Shown piece by piece: positions 1 through 9,841 of a stretch of DNA of 32,000 nucleotides. The stretch spans positions 3,930,001-3,962,000 of the forward strand of contig NZ_CP066018.1 in assembly GCF_016127575.1 (NCBI RefSeq), in the 5' to 3' direction. The notes below the pieces were generated by a model. The model was not told the origin of the DNA. It did not search any database and was given only the letters and a program-made list of their open reading frames with translations. A program made the translations under genes and the position numbers. The DNA comes from Cupriavidus necator. GTDB taxonomy: Bacteria > Pseudomonadota > Gammaproteobacteria > Burkholderiales > Burkholderiaceae. Positions within the stretch are counted from its first letter, which is position 1; every line of letters begins with the position of its first letter.

Positions 1-1
1 C

Positions 2-784
2 CTGGCGGGCTTCATACCCGGCCTGCTGCTGATGCTGCTGTTCTCCGGCTATATCGTGGTCTGGGCACTGGCCAACCCGGACAAAACCCCGCCGTCGGAG
101 CACTTCAACTGGCGTGCGCGGCTGGCATCGATCCGCCAGCTGCTGCCGTGCATCGTGCTGATCGCCTTTATCACCGTGATCATGGTGACCGGCTACTCCA
201 CCGCGACCGAAGCCGCAGCCTATGGCGTGGTGGCTTCGCTGGCGCTGGCGTGGGCGGGCGGCTCGCTCACGCGCGCGGCGTTCTGGGACAGCCTGATGTC
301 GGCCACGCGGCTGACCGCGATGATCATGTTCGTGCTGGGCGCGACCTCGTTCCTGTCGGTTACCATGAGCTTTACCGGCATCCCGCGCGCGCTGGCGGAA
401 TGGGTGGCGGCGATGCACCTGTCGCCGTGGGCGCTGATCGCCGTGCTGACAGTGATCTACATCGTGCTGGGCACGGCGCTGGACGGCATCTCGATGATCG
501 CGCTGACCACCGCGACGGTGCTGCCGATGGTGCAGGCGGCCGGCTTCGACCTGGTCTGGTTCGGCATCTTCATCGTGCTGCTGGTGGAGATCGCCGAGGT
601 GACGCCGCCCGTGGGCTTCAACCTGTTCGTGCTGCAGAGCATGACAGGCAAGGACAGCAATTACATAGCAAGGGTCTCGCTGCCCTTTTTCATGATGATG
701 GTGGTGGCGATCGCCATCGTCACGATCTGGCCGGGCGTGGTCACCTGGCTGCCGGACATTGTCATGCAGCAGGAAGTCAAATAG
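2..784 (+). CDS. TRAP transporter large permease subunit (DctM family), C-terminal part; 5' end lies outside the window
   Basis: The frame is open from the window edge (LAGFIPGLLLMLLFSGY...). The product is very hydrophobic and multi-TM, with a DctM-like C-terminal region (VTPPVGFNLFVLQSM). Stop TAG at 782-784. Confidence 0.8.
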   Translation: MAGFIPGLLLMLLFSGYIVVWALANPDKTPPSEHFNWRARLASIRQLLPCIVLIAFITVIMVTGYSTATEAAAYGVVASLALAWAGGSLTRAAFWDSLMSATRLTAMIMFVLGATSFLSVTMSFTGIPRALAEWVAAMHLSPWALIAVLTVIYIVLGTALDGISMIALTTATVLPMVQAAGFDLVWFGIFIVLLVEIAEVTPPVGFNLFVLQSMTGKDSNYIARVSLPFFMMMVVAIAIVTIWPGVVTWLPDIVMQQEVK

Positions 785-847
785 CATTGGCCGGCCCCGC
801 CCGCGGCCATTTGCCGCCGGCCCGGCAATATGGAGGGTCCCAGTCCG

Positions 848-2146
848 ATGCATGTGATCGTCATCGGCGCCGGCGCGATCGGCGTCAGTTCCGCCTGGTA
901 CCTGCGGCAGGCCGGTTTCGACGTGACCGTGCTCGAACGCCGCGCCGCGCCGGCGCAGGAAGCCAGCTTCGGCAATGCCGGCGTGATCGCGCCCGGCTAT
1001 GTCACGCCATGGGCGGCGCCGGGAATGCCCGGCAAGATCCTGCGCACGCTCTTTGCGCGCGAGGCGCCGGTCCTGTTCCGCCCTTCCGCCGACCCGGCCA
1101 TGTGGCGCTGGATCGCGCGCTGGCTGCGCGAATGCCGGCTGGAGCGCTACCGCGCCAACAAGCTGCGCATGCAGCGGCTGGCGTTCTACAGCCGCGGGTG
1201 CCTGCACCGGCTGCGTAGCGAGCTGGAGATCGACTACGAGCAGTCGCAAGGCTACCTGCAGCTGTTCCGCACCGCGCGCGACCTCGACCTGGCCGCGCCC
1301 GCCGTGGCCCTGCTGCGCGAGAACAACGTGCCGCACCGGCTGGTCAGCGCGCAGGAATGCCGCCGTATCGAACCGGGCCTGGCGGCCGACACGCCGCTGG
1401 CTGGCGGGCTGCACCTGCCGGAAGACGAGTCCGGCAACTGCCCGATGTTCGTGCGCGCGCTGCACCGGCATGCCGAGGCCGCAGGCGTATCGTTCCGCTT
1501 CGACACCCGGGTGGCGCGCGTCAGGCCCGACAACGCGGGCAAGCTGCAGGTCGAGCTGCAGCACTCCGACAAGAAGCGCCCTGGCCAGGTGCTGAGCGCC
1601 GACCGCGTGCTGGTCGCGGCCGGCGCCGACAGCACCGCGCTGCTGCGCCCGCTGGGCCTGCGCATGCCGCTGTATCCGGTCAAGGGCTACTCGGTGACGG
1701 TGATGGTCCGCGACGAACTGCAGGCGCCGCTGGGCGCGCTGATGGATGAGTCCTACAAGGTCGCGATCACGCGCATGGGCAACCGCCTGCGCGTGGCGGG
1801 TACGGCCGAGCTGGGCTCACGCAAGCTTGATCTGCGGCCGGCCGCCCTGAACACCCTGGTCAAGGTCGCGCGCGACTGGTTCCCGGTGGCAGGCAACTAC
1901 CAGGAAGCCACGCAATGGGTGGGCGCGCGGCCGATGCTGCCGGACGGGCCGCCGCTGATCGGCCCAACAGCCGTGCCCGGCCTGTTCCTCAACCTCGGCC
2001 ATGGCTCGACGGGCTGGGCGATGAGCTGCGGATCGGGCAAGATTGCCGCTGACCAGATCGCCGCCAGCGCCGGCACCCATGGCGGCCCGGACATCGACAT
2101 GGAGGGCCTGCTGCCCGACCGCTACGGCCTGGGGCCCGCCAGATAA
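848..2146 (+). CDS. dadA: D-amino acid dehydrogenase (FAD-dependent), DadA-like
   Basis: N-terminal Rossmann motif MHVIVIGAGAIGVSSAWYL. Collinear similarity to E. coli DadA from memory (APGY..PWAAPG, NK.RM.RLA.YSR.CL, LQLFRT, YPVKGYS, YKVAITR, GHGSTGW). GGAGG at 832-836 favours ATG 848 over ATG 830. Confidence 0.85.
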   Translation: MHVIVIGAGAIGVSSAWYLRQAGFDVTVLERRAAPAQEASFGNAGVIAPGYVTPWAAPGMPGKILRTLFAREAPVLFRPSADPAMWRWIARWLRECRLERYRANKLRMQRLAFYSRGCLHRLRSELEIDYEQSQGYLQLFRTARDLDLAAPAVALLRENNVPHRLVSAQECRRIEPGLAADTPLAGGLHLPEDESGNCPMFVRALHRHAEAAGVSFRFDTRVARVRPDNAGKLQVELQHSDKKRPGQVLSADRVLVAAGADSTALLRPLGLRMPLYPVKGYSVTVMVRDELQAPLGALMDESYKVAITRMGNRLRVAGTAELGSRKLDLRPAALNTLVKVARDWFPVAGNYQEATQWVGARPMLPDGPPLIGPTAVPGLFLNLGHGSTGWAMSCGSGKIAADQIAASAGTHGGPDIDMEGLLPDRYGLGPAR

Positions 2147-2152
2147 CCACAC

Positions 2153-3739
2153 ATGACACCCTCTGCCTCTACCGCCACCTCGCACGCAAACGGCGACGGC
2201 TGGTTTGCACTCGATGCCGCTGCCTCCGAACCGGTTCCGCTGTACGACGTCGCCGCCATCCGCCGCATCGAGAACGCCGCCTTCACGCAACTGCCCGCCT
2301 TTACGCTGATGTCGCGCGCCGGCGCCGCGGCCGCGCGCTGGCTGGCCTGCCATGCACCCGCCGGCCCGCTGCTGTTCCTGGCCGGCCCCGGCAATAACGG
2401 CGGCGATGCGCTGGTGGCCGCCACGCAATTGCACAGCGCCGGCCGTGCCGTGCAGGTATGGCTGACGGCGGACCCGCAGCACCTGCCCGCCGACGCCGCG
2501 ACCGCCTGGCAGCAAGCGCACGCAGCCGGCGTCCCGGTCAGCGTGGTCGCAGGCATCGCTGCCTCGCATGACGCGGACTGGCCCGCGGGCACCGCTGCGC
2601 TCGTCGACGGCCTGCTCGGCATCGGCCTGAACCGCCCCGCCGACGGCACCATGGCGTGGTGGATCGGACAAATCAACCGCAGCGCGCTGCCGGTGTTTGC
2701 GCTGGACATCCCCAGCGGCCTGTTCGCCGACACCGGCGCGGGCGCGCCGGCCGTGCGCGCGCAGCGCACGCTGACCTTTATCGCCGCCAAGCCCGGGCTG
2801 CTGACGCTCGACGGGCGCGACTGCGCCGGCGAGGTCGATATCGCGCCGATCGGCCTTGACTATCCGCCGGACGAAACGCCCCATTGCCTGGTAAACGGCC
2901 CGGCGCTGTTCAGCACGGCGCTGCCGCGCCGCCACCATGCCAGCAACAAGGGCACGCATGGCTCGCTGGCGCTCATCGGCGGCAACCTGGGCATGACCGG
3001 GGCGCCGCTGCTGGGCGCCAGGGCCGCGCAGTTCCTCGGCGCGGGCAAGGTGCATATCGGCTTCCTGGCGCAGCCCGCACCGCTGTTCGATCCGCTGCAT
3101 CCGGAGCTGATGCTGCATGCCGTGGACGCACTGGCCCTCGCTGCCATGTCGGCGCTGGTGATCGGTCCTGGCATGGGCACGGACGCCAACGCACACAAGC
3201 AGTTTGCGCGGCTGCTGCAAGCCGCGCCGCTGCCGCTTGTGCTGGATGCCGATGCCCTGAACCTGCTGGCTGCCGATCCGGCGCTGGCCGGGGCACTGGC
3301 CGCCAGCGGCGCGGCCTGCGTGATAACGCCGCACCCGCTCGAAGCCGCCCGGCTGATGGGCGTTCCCGTCGCCGAGGTGCAGCGCGACCGGCCCGCTGCT
3401 GCCGCAGCACTGGCTGCGCAATGGCAGGCCGTGGTCGTGCTGAAGGGATCGGGCACAGTGATCGCGGCGCCTGACGGCAGCCCATGCACGCTCAACCCGA
3501 GCGGCAATGCCGCACTTGCCAGCGCCGGCACCGGCGACGTGCTGGCCGGCATGCTGGGGGCGCTGCTGGCGCAAGGCATGGCGCCGCTGGCCGCGGCCCG
3601 GGCGGCGGTGTGGATCCATGGACGCGCCGCCGATGCCCTTGTCGCCCAGGGCACCGGGCCGGCCGGCGTCACCGCAAGCGAACTGTACGCGCCCGCGCGC
3701 ACCATCTTCAACCAGTTGCTGGCCGGGGCCCGCGCATGA
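2153..3739 (+). CDS. nnr: Bifunctional NAD(P)H-hydrate repair enzyme Nnr (epimerase + ADP-dependent dehydratase)
   Basis: YjeF_N motif GPGNNGGDAL in the N-terminal half. Carbohydrate-kinase-type C-terminal half with GTGDVLAG. The start codon is uncertain because no clear SD was seen. Confidence 0.85.
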   Translation: MTPSASTATSHANGDGWFALDAAASEPVPLYDVAAIRRIENAAFTQLPAFTLMSRAGAAAARWLACHAPAGPLLFLAGPGNNGGDALVAATQLHSAGRAVQVWLTADPQHLPADAATAWQQAHAAGVPVSVVAGIAASHDADWPAGTAALVDGLLGIGLNRPADGTMAWWIGQINRSALPVFALDIPSGLFADTGAGAPAVRAQRTLTFIAAKPGLLTLDGRDCAGEVDIAPIGLDYPPDETPHCLVNGPALFSTALPRRHHASNKGTHGSLALIGGNLGMTGAPLLGARAAQFLGAGKVHIGFLAQPAPLFDPLHPELMLHAVDALALAAMSALVIGPGMGTDANAHKQFARLLQAAPLPLVLDADALNLLAADPALAGALAASGAACVITPHPLEAARLMGVPVAEVQRDRPAAAAALAAQWQAVVVLKGSGTVIAAPDGSPCTLNPSGNAALASAGTGDVLAGMLGALLAQGMAPLAAARAAVWIHGRAADALVAQGTGPAGVTASELYAPARTIFNQLLAGARA

Positions 3740-4698
3740 CGCGCGGCGCGATGCTGCGCGATCCCGCCGACCGCCGCCACCTGCTCACCGGCATCGCCCT
3801 GCTGGTCATCGGGCAATGGATCCTCAGCCTGCTCGATGCCACCAGCAAGACCCTGACGCAGCAAGGACTGCCGCTGGTGGCCGTGGCATGGGTGCGCTAT
3901 GTCGGCCATGTGGTCGCGATCTTCCTGCTGCTCGGCCCCGCCGGCTGGCGGCACCAGTGGCGGGCGGCAAGGCCAGGGCTGCAGTGGCTGCGGGGCGCGC
4001 TGATGCTGGTCTCGACGCTGGTGTTCTTCAGCGTGCTGATGCTGATGCCGCTGGCGCAGGCCACGGCGCTGAATTTCTGCGCGCCGCTGTTCGTGGTGGC
4101 ACTATCGCCGTGGCTGCTGGGCGAGCGCCCCGGGCGCCATGCCCGCTGGATGCGCTGGACCGGTGTGGTGGTCGGCTTTGCCGGCATGCTGGTGGTGGTG
4201 CGCCCGGGGGGCCAGCTCAGTCCGCTCGGTGTCGGCCTGGGCCTGGTGTCGGCGCTGGTGTTCGCGCTGATGCAGATGCTGACACGCCGCATTGCCGCGC
4301 ACGACACACCGATGACCACGCTGATCCAGAGCGGCGTAACCGGCGCCTGCCTGACCACGCTGATCGTGCCCTTCTTCTGGTTCAGCGCCTGGCCTACGCC
4401 GATGCAATGTGCGCTGCTGTTGTCCGCGGGGATCACCGGATCACTTGGCCATTATTTCGTCATCCGGGCCTTCCAGTACGCGGATGCGTCTTTCCTGAGC
4501 CCCTTCCTCTACCTGCAGATCCTGTCCGCGACGGTAATCGGCTACCTGGCCTTCGGCCAGTTGCCCGACTGGACCACCGCAATCGGCATCGGCATCATCT
4601 GTCTGGGAGGCTTGTGCGTCGCTGGGGGAGAACCCGTGCTACGCGCCATCGCGGCCCGGCTCGGCGGCGCGCGCCGTCAGACAATGTCCGATACTTAG
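3736..4698 (+). CDS. DMT-superfamily (EamA-like) permease
   Basis: About 10 predicted TM helices with a duplicated EamA-like architecture. ATG 3736 overlaps the nnr stop (ATGA at 3736-3739). The upstream part of the 404-aa track ORF is Arg/Gly-rich out-of-frame overlap with nnr. Confidence 0.75.
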   Translation: MTRGAMLRDPADRRHLLTGIALLVIGQWILSLLDATSKTLTQQGLPLVAVAWVRYVGHVVAIFLLLGPAGWRHQWRAARPGLQWLRGALMLVSTLVFFSVLMLMPLAQATALNFCAPLFVVALSPWLLGERPGRHARWMRWTGVVVGFAGMLVVVRPGGQLSPLGVGLGLVSALVFALMQMLTRRIAAHDTPMTTLIQSGVTGACLTTLIVPFFWFSAWPTPMQCALLLSAGITGSLGHYFVIRAFQYADASFLSPFLYLQILSATVIGYLAFGQLPDWTTAIGIGIICLGGLCVAGGEPVLRAIAARLGGARRQTMSDT

Positions 4699-4841
4699 CC
4701 TGCGCCCACGCTGGTATGTTGCAAGTGGTAACGATATGACGCCGCTGCCAGGCCGGATCCCGGCAGCGCTGACGATATACTTGCATCTCTGTCTTGTGAG
4801 CCGGCAACGCCACGCGGCTCGCGCAACCTCGATTGTCCTGC

Positions 4842-6485
4842 ATGCCCACTGACCTTCACGCCTGGAACGCCCTGCTGCGGCACCACGACACCCTTCGCGA
4901 CGCCCAGATGCGCGACGGGTTCGATCGCGAAGGCGCGCAGCGCGTCGCACAATTCTCGCTGGAAGCCGCCGGGCTCTATCTCGACTATTCGAAGAACCGG
5001 ATCACGCCCGAAACCATGCGCCTGCTGGTACAGCTGGCAGCCGAGGCCGGCGTGACCAGACGCCGCGACGCGATGTTCACGGGCGAGCATATCAATACGA
5101 CTGAAGACCGCGCGGCACTGCACGTAGCGCTGCGCGCGACTGCCGGCGCCGGCTACAAGGTCGACGGCGAGCAGGTCATGCCGGCAATCCGGAAGGTGCT
5201 GGTACGCATGCGCGATTTCTCGGAACGCGTGCGCAGCGGCGCCTGGAAGGGTGTCACCGGCGAGCGCATCACCGATGTCATCAATATCGGCATCGGCGGC
5301 TCCGACCTGGGACCGCGCATGGTGTGCCGCGCGCTGTCGCACCTGGCCGATGCCGATGGCAATGCCGCGCCGCGCATGCACTTTGTTTCCAATGTCGACG
5401 GCACCGACCTGGCCGAGACGCTGGTGCGGCTCGACCCGCAACGGACGCTGGTGATCGTCTGCTCCAAGACCTTCACCACGCTGGAAACCATGGCCAACGC
5501 GCGCAGCGCGCGCGCCTGGTTTGTCGCCAACGGCGTGGCCGAGCATGACCTTGCCAAGCATTTCGTCGCAGTCTCGACCAATACCGAAGCGGTGCGCGAG
5601 TTCGGCATCGACCCGGCCAATATGTTCGAGTTCTGGGACTGGATCGGCGGACGCTTCTCGCTGTGGTCGTCGGTCGGCCTGTCGATCACGCTGGCCGTGG
5701 GCTTCAACGCCTTCGCCGACTTGCTGGCCGGCGCGCGCGCCATGGACGAGCATTTCCGCACCGCGCCGCTGGAACGCAACATGCCGGTGGTCCTGGGCAT
5801 GCTGGGCATCTGGTACCGCAATTTCTGGCATTTGCCCACCAGCTGCATGGCGCCCTACTCCACCTCGCTGGAGCTGTTTCCCGCCTTCCTGCAGCAGCTG
5901 GAGATGGAGAGCAACGGCAAGTCGGTGCAGCTTGACGGGCAGCCCGTGCGCACGCATACCTCGCCGGTGGTGTGGGGCACGGCCGGCACCAACGGGCAGC
6001 ATGCCTATTTCCAGCAGATCCACCAGGGCTCGCAGGTGGTGCCGGTGGATTTTGTCGCGCCGCTGGTGCCGCCGCGCCGGCTGGCAGGCCATCACGCCAA
6101 GCTGCTGGCCAACTGCTTTGCGCAGGCCGAGGCGCTGATGCGCGGGCGCAGCGCCGATGAGCTGCGTGCCGCCGGCCTGAAGGACGAAGTCCGTATCGCC
6201 CATATGGTGTTCGAGGGCAATCGCCCCAGCAACACCTTGCTGATGGAAAACCTGACGCCGCATGTGCTGGGTGCGCTGATTGCGCTGTATGAGCACCGCA
6301 CCTTCGTGCAGGGCGTGGTCTGGAAGATCAATTCCTTCGACCAGTGGGGCGTCGAGCTGGGCAAGATCCTGGCCCGTCCGATCGAGGCCGAGCTGACCGG
6401 GAATGCCGTCGGCCAGCACGATGCCTCCACCACGTCGCTGATCGAGCGCGCCCGCGCGGTGCTGAAGGCGGGCGCCGCCAGCTAG
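4842..6485 (+). CDS. pgi: Glucose-6-phosphate isomerase
   Basis: Strong PGI motifs (INIGIGGSDLGP, SKTFTTLET, FWDWIGGRFSLWS, ESNGK, GTNGQHAYFQ). The track ORF begins at a TTG (4833); the first ATG is at 4842. Confidence 0.95.
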   Translation: MPTDLHAWNALLRHHDTLRDAQMRDGFDREGAQRVAQFSLEAAGLYLDYSKNRITPETMRLLVQLAAEAGVTRRRDAMFTGEHINTTEDRAALHVALRATAGAGYKVDGEQVMPAIRKVLVRMRDFSERVRSGAWKGVTGERITDVINIGIGGSDLGPRMVCRALSHLADADGNAAPRMHFVSNVDGTDLAETLVRLDPQRTLVIVCSKTFTTLETMANARSARAWFVANGVAEHDLAKHFVAVSTNTEAVREFGIDPANMFEFWDWIGGRFSLWSSVGLSITLAVGFNAFADLLAGARAMDEHFRTAPLERNMPVVLGMLGIWYRNFWHLPTSCMAPYSTSLELFPAFLQQLEMESNGKSVQLDGQPVRTHTSPVVWGTAGTNGQHAYFQQIHQGSQVVPVDFVAPLVPPRRLAGHHAKLLANCFAQAEALMRGRSADELRAAGLKDEVRIAHMVFEGNRPSNTLLMENLTPHVLGALIALYEHRTFVQGVVWKINSFDQWGVELGKILARPIEAELTGNAVGQHDASTTSLIERARAVLKAGAAS

Positions 6486-7180
6486 ACCTCCGCGCCCATC
6501 CATTCATCGCTGGCCACGCGGCCGGCGTCGATGGTCAGGATACGGCCACAGCGCGCCGCCACCGAGCGGTCATGCGTTACCAGCACCAGCGTTGAGCCGG
6601 CATCGCGGTTAAGCTCGAACATCAGCGCGATCACGGCTTCGCCAGTGGCGGTATCGAGGCTGCCGGTGGGCTCGTCGGCAAACAGGATGTCCGGGCGCGC
6701 CACGAACGCGCGCGCCAGCGCCACGCGCTGCTGCTCGCCGCCCGACAGCGTGCGCGGATAGTGCCCCAGCCGCGCGCCCAGGCCCACGCGCAGCAGCATG
6801 TCCAGGGCGCGCTCGCGCACCTGCGACGTTTCGCCGCGCAGCTCCAGCGGCAGCATCACGTTTTCCAGCGCGGTCAGGTGGCCGACCAGCTGGAACGACT
6901 GGAACACAAAGCCGACATGGCGGCCCCGCACGGCGGCGCGCTGGTCCTCGTCCAGCGCGAACAGGTCCTGGCCCTGCAGCCGTACCGTGCCCGTGCTGGG
7001 CAGGTCCAGCCCCGCCAGCAGCCCGAGCAGCGTCGACTTGCCCGATCCGGACGCCCCCACGATGGCGAGCGTTTCGCCCGGCGTGACGGAAAAGGTCACG
7101 TCGTGCAAAATCGTCAGCGAACCGGTCGTGTCGGCAACGGTCTTTCCGAGGGACTCGACAGCGAGAATGGAAGAAGACAT
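6482..7180 (-). CDS. ABC transporter ATP-binding protein, YbbA/LolD-like
   Basis: Walker [10 protein letters not shown], signature LSGGEQQRV, Walker [13 protein letters not shown]. Start [11 protein letters not shown] at 7180. The longer track ORF extends into the tesA-like gene. Confidence 0.85.
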   Translation of the reverse strand: MSSSILAVESLGKTVADTTGSLTILHDVTFSVTPGETLAIVGASGSGKSTLLGLLAGLDLPSTGTVRLQGQDLFALDEDQRAAVRGRHVGFVFQSFQLVGHLTALENVMLPLELRGETSQVRERALDMLLRVGLGARLGHYPRTLSGGEQQRVALARAFVARPDILFADEPTGSLDTATGEAVIALMFELNRDAGSTLVLVTHDRSVAARCGRILTIDAGRVASDEWMGAEV

Positions 7181-7835
7181 GGATATTGGGATCCGAGGCA
7201 AATGGCGCCGGCTGCTGCTGGCAACCGGCATGGCACTGACGATATCGGCCGGGGCCTCAGCCCAGGCTGCGGCGCCGGCACTGCTGGTGCTTGGCGACAG
7301 CCTCTCCGCCGAGTACGGCATCGCGCGCGGCGCGGGCTGGGTCACGCTGCTGCAGGACCGCCTGCGGCAGGAGCGCTTCGATTATAGCGTTGTCAATGCC
7401 AGCATCAGCGGCGAGACCACCATCGGCGGCAAGACGCGGCTGCCGGAGCTGCTGTCGCGGCACCGCCCGGCCATCGTGGTGGTGGAGCTTGGCGCCAACG
7501 ACGCGCTGCGCGGATTGCCGCTGCAGACCACTGAGGCCAACCTGCGCAACATCGTCAGCATGGCACAGAAGGCCGGCGCGGGCGTGCTGCTGATCGGCAT
7601 GCGCATCCCGCCCAACTACGGGCAGGACTACACCGAGAAGTTCGTCTCGCTGTATCCGAAGCTGGCCGGCGAGTACAAGGTGCGGCTGGTGCCGTTCTTC
7701 CTCGACAATGTCATCGCGCGGCAGGACTGGTTCCAGCCCGACCGCATCCACCCGACCGCCGCGGCACAGCCAGTGCTGCTCGATACGGTGTGGCCGCAGC
7801 TCAAGCCGATGCTCAGGCGCAGCGGCGCGAAGTAA
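7179..7835 (+). CDS. tesA: SGNH/GDSL arylesterase / thioesterase I-lysophospholipase L1-like, secreted
   Basis: Signal peptide followed by SGNH block I GDSLSAEYG, block III GANDALRG and block V DRIHPT. An alternative ATG lies at 7167. Confidence 0.8.
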   Translation: MDIGIRGKWRRLLLATGMALTISAGASAQAAAPALLVLGDSLSAEYGIARGAGWVTLLQDRLRQERFDYSVVNASISGETTIGGKTRLPELLSRHRPAIVVVELGANDALRGLPLQTTEANLRNIVSMAQKAGAGVLLIGMRIPPNYGQDYTEKFVSLYPKLAGEYKVRLVPFFLDNVIARQDWFQPDRIHPTAAAQPVLLDTVWPQLKPMLRRSGAK

Positions 7836-7837
7836 GA

Positions 7838-7867
7838 ATAAAAAAAACCCCTGCCGCCTGGCAGGGG
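7838..7867 (-). terminator. Rho-independent terminator downstream of ppiD; may also serve the convergent tesA-like gene
   Basis: Perfect 8-bp stem CCCCTGCC (7848-7855) / GGCAGGGG (7860-7867) with a 4-nt loop. The flanking A-run (7840-7847) is a U-tract on the minus strand. Confidence 0.75.
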
Positions 7868-7906
7868 TCCTTGCTGGCAGCGGGGCTGCCGGGGCTGATC
7901 TGGCGC

Positions 7907-9841
7907 TTACTCGGCGCCTTGCGGCTGCGTGGCACCCACCGGCGTCAGCATCTTGACCTTCGAGCGTGCCTTCAGGCTTTCATAGAATGCCTGCAGGTCG
8001 GTCTGGCCGGCGAGCTGCGACAGCTGCTGCGCTTCGGCCTGGCGTTGCGCCGGGTTGGCCTGCGTCGGCTGGCTGACCTTGGTGATACGGTAGACCGCGT
8101 AGCCTTCGGCCCCCAGGTCGACACCCACCACCGCGGGCAGCTTGTTCGCATCGGCGCGCAGCACCGCTTCGACCGCCTTCGGCGGCATACCCTCGGCCTT
8201 GGCGCGCGACACGGTCTGCACCGCGCCAAAGCCGTCGGCGCTGTCTGCCTTCTTCAGTGCGGCAAGCCGGGCCTCGCCGTCCTTGCGCGCCAGTTCGGCC
8301 GCCTGCTGGGCGATATAGCCCTCGCGCACCTTGGCTTCGACTTCCTCGAACTTGCGCACGGCCGCCGGGCGGTACTCGACGATGCGCGCGGCCACCAGCG
8401 TGTTCGGGGCCACCTGGACGGCCTCGGTGTTGCGCTTATTCTTGATCGCGTCGTCGCTGAACAGCGCCTTGAGCAGCTTGTCGTTGTTGAGCGGGCTCTG
8501 CGCGCCCAGCGCCGGGTTCGGCTGGCGCGTGACGTTGTCGGCGGTCTGGATGGTCAGCTTGAACTTGTCGGCGGCGGGCTTGAGGCTGTCAGCCTGCTCA
8601 TAGACGGTGTTGCCGAAGGCATCGGCCTGCTCGGCAAACTTCTTGTCGGCGAACTGCTTGCGCAGCTCAGCTTCGAGTTCCGTGCGCACGGCTTCCAGCG
8701 GCTTGGTCTCGGCGGGCTTGATGCCAGTCAGCTTGATGATGTGATAGCCGTAGTCGGTTTCCACCACGTCGCTGACCTGGCCATCCTTGAGCGCGTACAT
8801 GGCGTCCTCGAACGGCTTGACCAGCGCGCCGCGGCCCATGAAGCCCAGGTCGCCGCCCTTCTCGGCCGAGCCCGGGTCCTGCGAGTTCTTGCGCGCCACG
8901 TCGGCGAAGGTGTCAGGGTGCTTGCGCAGGTCCTCCAGCAGCTTGGTGGCCTTGTCCTTCGCGGCCTGGCGCTGGGCGGCCGGCGCATCCTTCGGCGCGC
9001 TGATCAGGATATGGCTGGCGCGGCGCTGCTCGTCGATGCGGAAGCGCGCGATATTGCTGTCGTAGTAGGACTTCAGCTCTTCGGGCGTGACCGCCTGCGT
9101 CGCGGCCAGGGCCTCGCCCGACAGCAGCAGGTACTCGACCTTGGCTTGTTCCGGCACCGAGAAGGCCTGCTGGTGGCTGTCGTAGTAGGCCTTCAGCGCG
9201 GCTGCATCGGGCTGCACCTTGGCGGTGTAGCCGGCCGGCTTGAACAGCAGCGCCTGCACATCGCGCTGCTGATCGCGCACGGCGATCAGGCGATCGAGCA
9301 GCGACTTGGGCACGAATGCCGTCGCGGCGACCGATGCGCCCAGCTGCTGCGTGGCCAGCTCGAAGCGCATGCGGGCATCGAACTGCTCGGGCGTCATGCC
9401 CTGCGACTGCAGCAGCTGCAGGTAGGCCTTGTCGTCGACCTTGCCGTCCTTGGTGCGCGGCAACTGCGCGATCGCCGGCAGGTTGCTGATTTCCTCGAGC
9501 AGCTTGGCGTCGGACACGGTCAGGTGCTCACGCGCCACGGCACTGGCCATCACGCGCTGCAGGATCAGCTGGTCCAGCACGGCCTTGCGGGCGTCCGGGC
9601 CTTCGAACTGGCGCGGGTCATAGCTGGCGCCCAGGACCTGGCGCGCGCGTTCGCTCTGGTCGCGCACGACGTTATCGATCTCCTGCACGCTGATGGCGCG
9701 GCCGTCGACCTTGGCGGCATCGTGCGAGCTGTCCATGAAGCGCGAATAGCTTTCCACGCCGAAGAACACGAACGACGGGAAAACAAGCACCAGCAGCAGC
9801 AAGAGCATCAGGCGCCGGTTGTTGCGTACGAAATCAAGCAT
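7907..9841 (-). CDS. ppiD: Periplasmic chaperone / peptidyl-prolyl isomerase PpiD
   Basis: N-terminal membrane anchor MLDFVRNNRRLMLLLLLVLVFPSFVFFG, a SurA-N-like region, and a parvulin domain (GGDLGFMGRGALVKPFEDA...YGYHIIK). Confidence 0.9.
   Translation of the reverse strand: MLDFVRNNRRLMLLLLLVLVFPSFVFFGVESYSRFMDSSHDAAKVDGRAISVQEIDNVVRDQSERARQVLGASYDPRQFEGPDARKAVLDQLILQRVMASAVAREHLTVSDAKLLEEISNLPAIAQLPRTKDGKVDDKAYLQLLQSQGMTPEQFDARMRFELATQQLGASVAATAFVPKSLLDRLIAVRDQQRDVQALLFKPAGYTAKVQPDAAALKAYYDSHQQAFSVPEQAKVEYLLLSGEALAATQAVTPEELKSYYDSNIARFRIDEQRRASHILISAPKDAPAAQRQAAKDKATKLLEDLRKHPDTFADVARKNSQDPGSAEKGGDLGFMGRGALVKPFEDAMYALKDGQVSDVVETDYGYHIIKLTGIKPAETKPLEAVRTELEAELRKQFADKKFAEQADAFGNTVYEQADSLKPAADKFKLTIQTADNVTRQPNPALGAQSPLNNDKLLKALFSDDAIKNKRNTEAVQVAPNTLVAARIVEYRPAAVRKFEEVEAKVREGYIAQQAAELARKDGEARLAALKKADSADGFGAVQTVSRAKAEGMPPKAVEAVLRADANKLPAVVGVDLGAEGYAVYRITKVSQPTQANPAQRQAEAQQLSQLAGQTDLQAFYESLKARSKVKMLTPVGATQPQGAE

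Noticed and set aside
1817-3619. 600-aa minus-strand ORF opposite dadA/nnr, plus the overlapping 222-, 364- and 170-aa ORFs
   Set aside because: They are antisense or off-frame shadows of nnr and dadA, Arg/Gly/Ala/His-rich, with no motifs.
4695-6503. 602-aa minus-strand ORF opposite pgi
   Set aside because: It is an antisense shadow of the very well supported pgi gene.
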